Shown in pieces: positions 60,335 to 64,000 of a stretch of DNA of 64,000 nucleotides. Both the position numbers and the translations under genes were made by a program. Each line of letters begins with the position of its first letter. The stretch's first letter is position 1. Source of the stretch: Candidatus Obscuribacterales bacterium (GTDB lineage Bacteria; Cyanobacteriota; Vampirovibrionia; Obscuribacterales; Obscuribacteraceae); contig CBDDIJ010000002.1 of the NCBI GenBank assembly GCA_965228855.1, forward strand, positions 1,440,001 to 1,504,000, in the 5' to 3' direction. Under the pieces are notes generated by a model, which saw nothing but the letters and a program-made list of their open reading frames with translations, was not told the DNA's origin and searched no databases.

Positions 60335-62518
60335 TTAGACCGTCGTTACCGGAATCTGTTTATCAGAACCGTTAGTGAGCTTTTCAAGATTGCTCAGGAA
60401 CGCACGAACCTCTCGTTCGCGGCGCTCCTGGTTTGCTTGCTGTGAGTCGCTTTCATGCTGGGCGTCGCTGTGAGACGCCTTGAGAATTGACCAGGAGCGC
60501 TGCAGACTGTTTGCCATCGGCAGATTGCCAACAAGCGAAAACAGATTGATAAAGTTCTGAATGACCGACATGTTTGCTTCGATCAACGCGAGGTCGGCCG
60601 GATTGAACGAACCGCTGTGAACTCTTCCTGCAATCGCGGTCGCCATGCTCAGTGCCTGGGATACGATTGCGTCTAGATTCGCTTTTTGTGGAACATTCGC
60701 AATCGTTTTACTGACAGATCCGTCCTTGGAAACCAAGGTGCCATCACGGTAGAGCACGGAACCATCGGCGAAGTAAACATCGTTTTTCGCATTGATTTTT
60801 GTGCCGTCCGGCAATTCGACGTCGCCTGAGTCGGCAATTTTAGAGCCGTTATTAAAAGTGACCACTCCATCTTTGCGAACAAAGTCGTCCGTCTTCATGT
60901 CGAAATTCGGGCTGTCCAAATCGATTGTGGTTTTCTTGCCATCCGTCTCGGTAACAAGTTCTCCGGTCGTCTGATCGAATGAAACTTTTCTGCTCGGATC
61001 ATCGACCGTGTAGCCCTTATCGGTCAAAATAGCGACAGTGTTGGTCTGCGGCTCGCCGCTTTCATTGGGTTTGTTTGGAGCCGTGGCGATTATTTTGTTG
61101 GTGCCATCGACGATTCGAACTTCTTGACCGTCACTGAATCTGAGCGTTTCGCCGTTCTCGAGAGCTTGCAACAGATGTTTGACGATTTGTGCTTTGGGAC
61201 CGAGCGTTTTCATCAGCCGCAATTTTTGTTCGTCCGATAGCTCCTTCACCGAATTGTCTTTCGAATCGAGAATATACATTTTTCCCTGCGGCGAACGCAA
61301 GAGCTCTTGCCCGTTTCCGATGTCCATGTGAACTTCGACACCATCTTTCGAGTATTTGTATTCGATAATTTTGTTCAGATCGGGGTGTACCAATGCCGCG
61401 CCATTTTTCATAGCTATGAATGCCGGTTTATCTTCGGGCAACTCGATACCACGCGCTTTGAGCTTAGCGAGAGCGTCTGCAACCGTATCAGCCGTAGTCT
61501 CGTGCAGTAGAGTCATGGTTTCATAGTATTGAACTGAATCAGTTTTTCCTGCGATCAAGAGTGTCTGTTCGCCGCGTTTTTGAACTAGAGTGCGACCGTC
61601 AGATGAGAATTCGCCTGCCTGAAAACCAAGCCCGGCGCCGTTCAAGCGATAAATGGCTTGACCGTCTTTCATCATGGTGCGGCTGCCGTCAGGGTTTGCA
61701 AATAACTGGGTTTGATTGCCTTTGTTTGAGTCCCCGATGATCGCAGTCAGGCGCCGATCGCCGGTGCCCTCGATTCGAACAGCTTTGAGCGGGTCAGTGT
61801 AAACCAATTTACCGTTTTCAACTTTGAGTTGCGGTTGAAATTCAGGTGGGACTGTTTTCAAAAACGGATCAGAGTCCGGGCGCGAAACTTTCGGTTGACG
61901 GTTTTCGTTTGCCATCTCACCTGGTGTCGTATGTGGTGCCGATGGTTTGGAAGTTTCGGGTTTCGCTGCTGCAACTTCCGTCGGTTTCACTCCTGCCGAA
62001 GAGGCGGTATCTGAGCCGCTAATCGAGCCGAAGATAAACTCTGTCGCGCTGATAAGTGCATCGGGAATATAACCGCTAACGTCCGAAGGTTTAGTGCTTT
62101 TATTATCGGTTTTCGGCGCATCTGGTCCGGTCGCGTTCATTTTCGCTGCGTCCGTTGTTCCCTCTTGCGACTGTTCCGCAGTTTTGTTTTCGCTTGACGA
62201 TTTTGCTGTTTCCGAAGTGCCCTGTGCCAGTTTTGCCATTGCAGATGTTGCTTGCAGTGGAAGGGTCACAAGGTTGGATAGAGTTGCCGTATTTGTCCAA
62301 TTTTCGGCCAGAGTTTTAGTAAGTTGGTTCAGGTCTGAGTCGGATGCCTTCGTAGCCTTCTTCTCGAGTTCAACCCAATTAGAGGTAAGTTTGGCTGTCT
62401 GGGAGCCAGATTTCTTCGCGTCAAAATGTGAGTCAACTGTGGAGTCGAGCACTTCAATCACCGAATAATTTTTCCGCCACGCAAGGGTATCTACACGCCG
62501 CAAATAATTGTTGGACAT
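60335..62518 (-). CDS. Large hypothetical protein with beta-hairpin-like (xDG) repeats
   Basis: Long ORF; start moved to ATG 62518 because the 62638 start overlaps the divergent amrS. Confidence 0.7.
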   Translation of the reverse strand: MSNNYLRRVDTLAWRKNYSVIEVLDSTVDSHFDAKKSGSQTAKLTSNWVELEKKATKASDSDLNQLTKTLAENWTNTATLSNLVTLPLQATSAMAKLAQGTSETAKSSSENKTAEQSQEGTTDAAKMNATGPDAPKTDNKSTKPSDVSGYIPDALISATEFIFGSISGSDTASSAGVKPTEVAAAKPETSKPSAPHTTPGEMANENRQPKVSRPDSDPFLKTVPPEFQPQLKVENGKLVYTDPLKAVRIEGTGDRRLTAIIGDSNKGNQTQLFANPDGSRTMMKDGQAIYRLNGAGLGFQAGEFSSDGRTLVQKRGEQTLLIAGKTDSVQYYETMTLLHETTADTVADALAKLKARGIELPEDKPAFIAMKNGAALVHPDLNKIIEYKYSKDGVEVHMDIGNGQELLRSPQGKMYILDSKDNSVKELSDEQKLRLMKTLGPKAQIVKHLLQALENGETLRFSDGQEVRIVDGTNKIIATAPNKPNESGEPQTNTVAILTDKGYTVDDPSRKVSFDQTTGELVTETDGKKTTIDLDSPNFDMKTDDFVRKDGVVTFNNGSKIADSGDVELPDGTKINAKNDVYFADGSVLYRDGTLVSKDGSVSKTIANVPQKANLDAIVSQALSMATAIAGRVHSGSFNPADLALIEANMSVIQNFINLFSLVGNLPMANSLQRSWSILKASHSDAQHESDSQQANQERREREVRAFLSNLEKLTNGSDKQIPVTTV

Positions 62519-62629
62519 CCCGGCGAAAATTTTTTGACCCTCGTTAAAAAGAGGGGAAACGCCGGCATCGCGGATATACTGAAAATTAGAAGGGAGCGTT
62601 GTTTTAGATTGCAGAGTAGAGTAAGCGAT

Positions 62630-63793
62630 ATGAGCCAAAATGACGAGCGCTCGAACCTGGCTGGTGAAAGCGTTTCAGCAAAAGATATTTCGAAACTTAT
62701 TGATCCGCAGGACCTTCCGTTCACCGTGGCGGGAAAATACTTTCATGCACTCGAGGATGGCAGATTGCACTGTGATCTGTGCCCGCGCGCTTGTGTCCTC
62801 AAAGATGGGGATCGCGGATTTTGTTTTATCCGTCAAAATGTCGACGGACATATGTATTTGACGAGTTATGGACGGTCGACCGGATTCTGCGTTGATCCGA
62901 TCGAGAAAAAACCATTGAATCATTTTCTGCCGGGAACGAGCATCCTTTCTTTCGGTACTGCGGGTTGCAACCTTGGATGCCGTTTTTGTCAAAACTGGGA
63001 CATCAGTAAGTCCAGAGAGATTGAACGATTGAGCGAAAAAGCTACGCCTGAGAATATCGCTCTTGCGGCTCAGCGACTGGGTTGTCGCAGCGTGGCGTTT
63101 ACTTACAACGATCCTGTGATTTGGGCGGAGTATGCGATTGATACGGCTAAAGCCTGTCATGAACTTGGTTTGAAGGCTGTGGCAGTGACCGCAGGTTATA
63201 TAACGGATGAAGCTCGTCCGGAGTTTTACTCGGTCATGGATGCTGCAAACGTGGATCTAAAAGCTTTTACTGAGCGCTTCTACGAGAAGCTCACACTTTC
63301 ACAACTCGAGCCTGTATTGAAGACACTGAAGTGGCTCAAGCATGAGAGCGATGTCTGGTTTGAAATTACCAACCTGGTAATTCCGGAGGAGAACGATTCA
63401 AGTGAAGAGTTCAAGGCGATGTGCGATTGGATCGTGACAAATCTCGGAGATGAAGTTCCACTTCACTTCACCGCATTTCATCCGGATTTCAAGCTCACCC
63501 ACCGCGAGGCTACGCCGCCCAAAACGCTTTTGCGGGCGCGCGAGATTGCCGTCGCCGCTGGTATCAAATATGTTTATGTCGGTAACGTGGACGATACCAA
63601 ACATCAGAGCACGTACTGTCCGTCTTGCGGAGAAATGGTGGTCGAACGAAACTGGTACGAGCTTGGCAAGTTCAAAATAAAAAATGGCAAGTGTGAAAAG
63701 TGTAAAACCGATATTGCCGGTCTCTTCGAGAATGAGCGCGGTAACTGGGGACGGCGCCGATTGCCACTGTCCTTTGGTGGACCGGCGCGCTGA
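62630..63793 (+). CDS. amrS: AmmeMemoRadiSam system radical SAM enzyme
   Basis: CDLCPRAC, VDPIEKKPLNHF, GCNLGCRFCQNWDIS, HFTAFHPDF, TYCPSCG. Confidence 0.93.
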   Translation: MSQNDERSNLAGESVSAKDISKLIDPQDLPFTVAGKYFHALEDGRLHCDLCPRACVLKDGDRGFCFIRQNVDGHMYLTSYGRSTGFCVDPIEKKPLNHFLPGTSILSFGTAGCNLGCRFCQNWDISKSREIERLSEKATPENIALAAQRLGCRSVAFTYNDPVIWAEYAIDTAKACHELGLKAVAVTAGYITDEARPEFYSVMDAANVDLKAFTERFYEKLTLSQLEPVLKTLKWLKHESDVWFEITNLVIPEENDSSEEFKAMCDWIVTNLGDEVPLHFTAFHPDFKLTHREATPPKTLLRAREIAVAAGIKYVYVGNVDDTKHQSTYCPSCGEMVVERNWYELGKFKIKNGKCEKCKTDIAGLFENERGNWGRRRLPLSFGGPAR

Positions 63794-63856
63794 TTTTACT
63801 ATGACTGGGGGAAGACAGGGCCTACAATGGTGATACGTCGCTTTCGAGGTTCGGCT

Positions 63857-64000
63857 ATGAAGTCTTTGGGTTTAGTTGCGTTGTTCGTGGCAAGCAGCCT
63901 CAGTTTCGGTTTCTGCTCGGATGCCGATGCGTCGAATCTATGCCAGGCGACTTTGATTGCGCAGGCTGCTGACTCTGAAGCTGCTGGCACCGGCGAAGTC
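63857..64000 (+). CDS. Exported protein, 5' fragment (runs off the window)
   Basis: GAGGT RBS; MKSLGLVALFVASSLSFGFCSDADA signal-peptide-like; open to the window end. Confidence 0.55.
   Translation, partial: MKSLGLVALFVASSLSFGFCSDADASNLCQATLIAQAADSEAAGTGEV

Overview
Gene-dense bacterial chromosomal window of mostly housekeeping and signalling genes. I found no integrase, transposase, cas gene or rRNA. Cyanobacteria-like genes (NblS/Hik33-like kinase, SigF/SigB-like sigma, coaD plus Cdv3/DivIVA-like, PBP-A-like serine hydrolase) occur with AdhE and KdsC, and there are no photosynthesis genes. This suggests a non-photosynthetic cyanobacterial relative such as Melainabacteria/Obscuribacterales (inference only). 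Highlights: (1) a ~1.3-kb near-perfect tandem array of 12 full 102-bp units plus a partial one (48.8-50.1 kb), each with two copies of a 17-bp dyad and a terminator-like hairpin, between divergent genes; it is not CRISPR. (2) An Rdx/SelW-family selenoprotein (CxxU, in-frame UGA, SECIS-like hairpin) whose 5' end the ORF track misses. (3) An MglA GTPase with no adjacent MglB, downstream of a DUF4388 plus degenerate GGDEF gene that keeps the RxxD I-site, and a protein with four MshEN-like domains and a repeat tail elsewhere in the window. (4) An orphan PglX-like adenine methyltransferase. (5) KdpD/KdpE-like genes upstream of an APC-type transporter with phased direct repeats. (6) An exact 51-bp duplication of a gene's 3' end. 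All family calls come from motif recognition; no database search was run.
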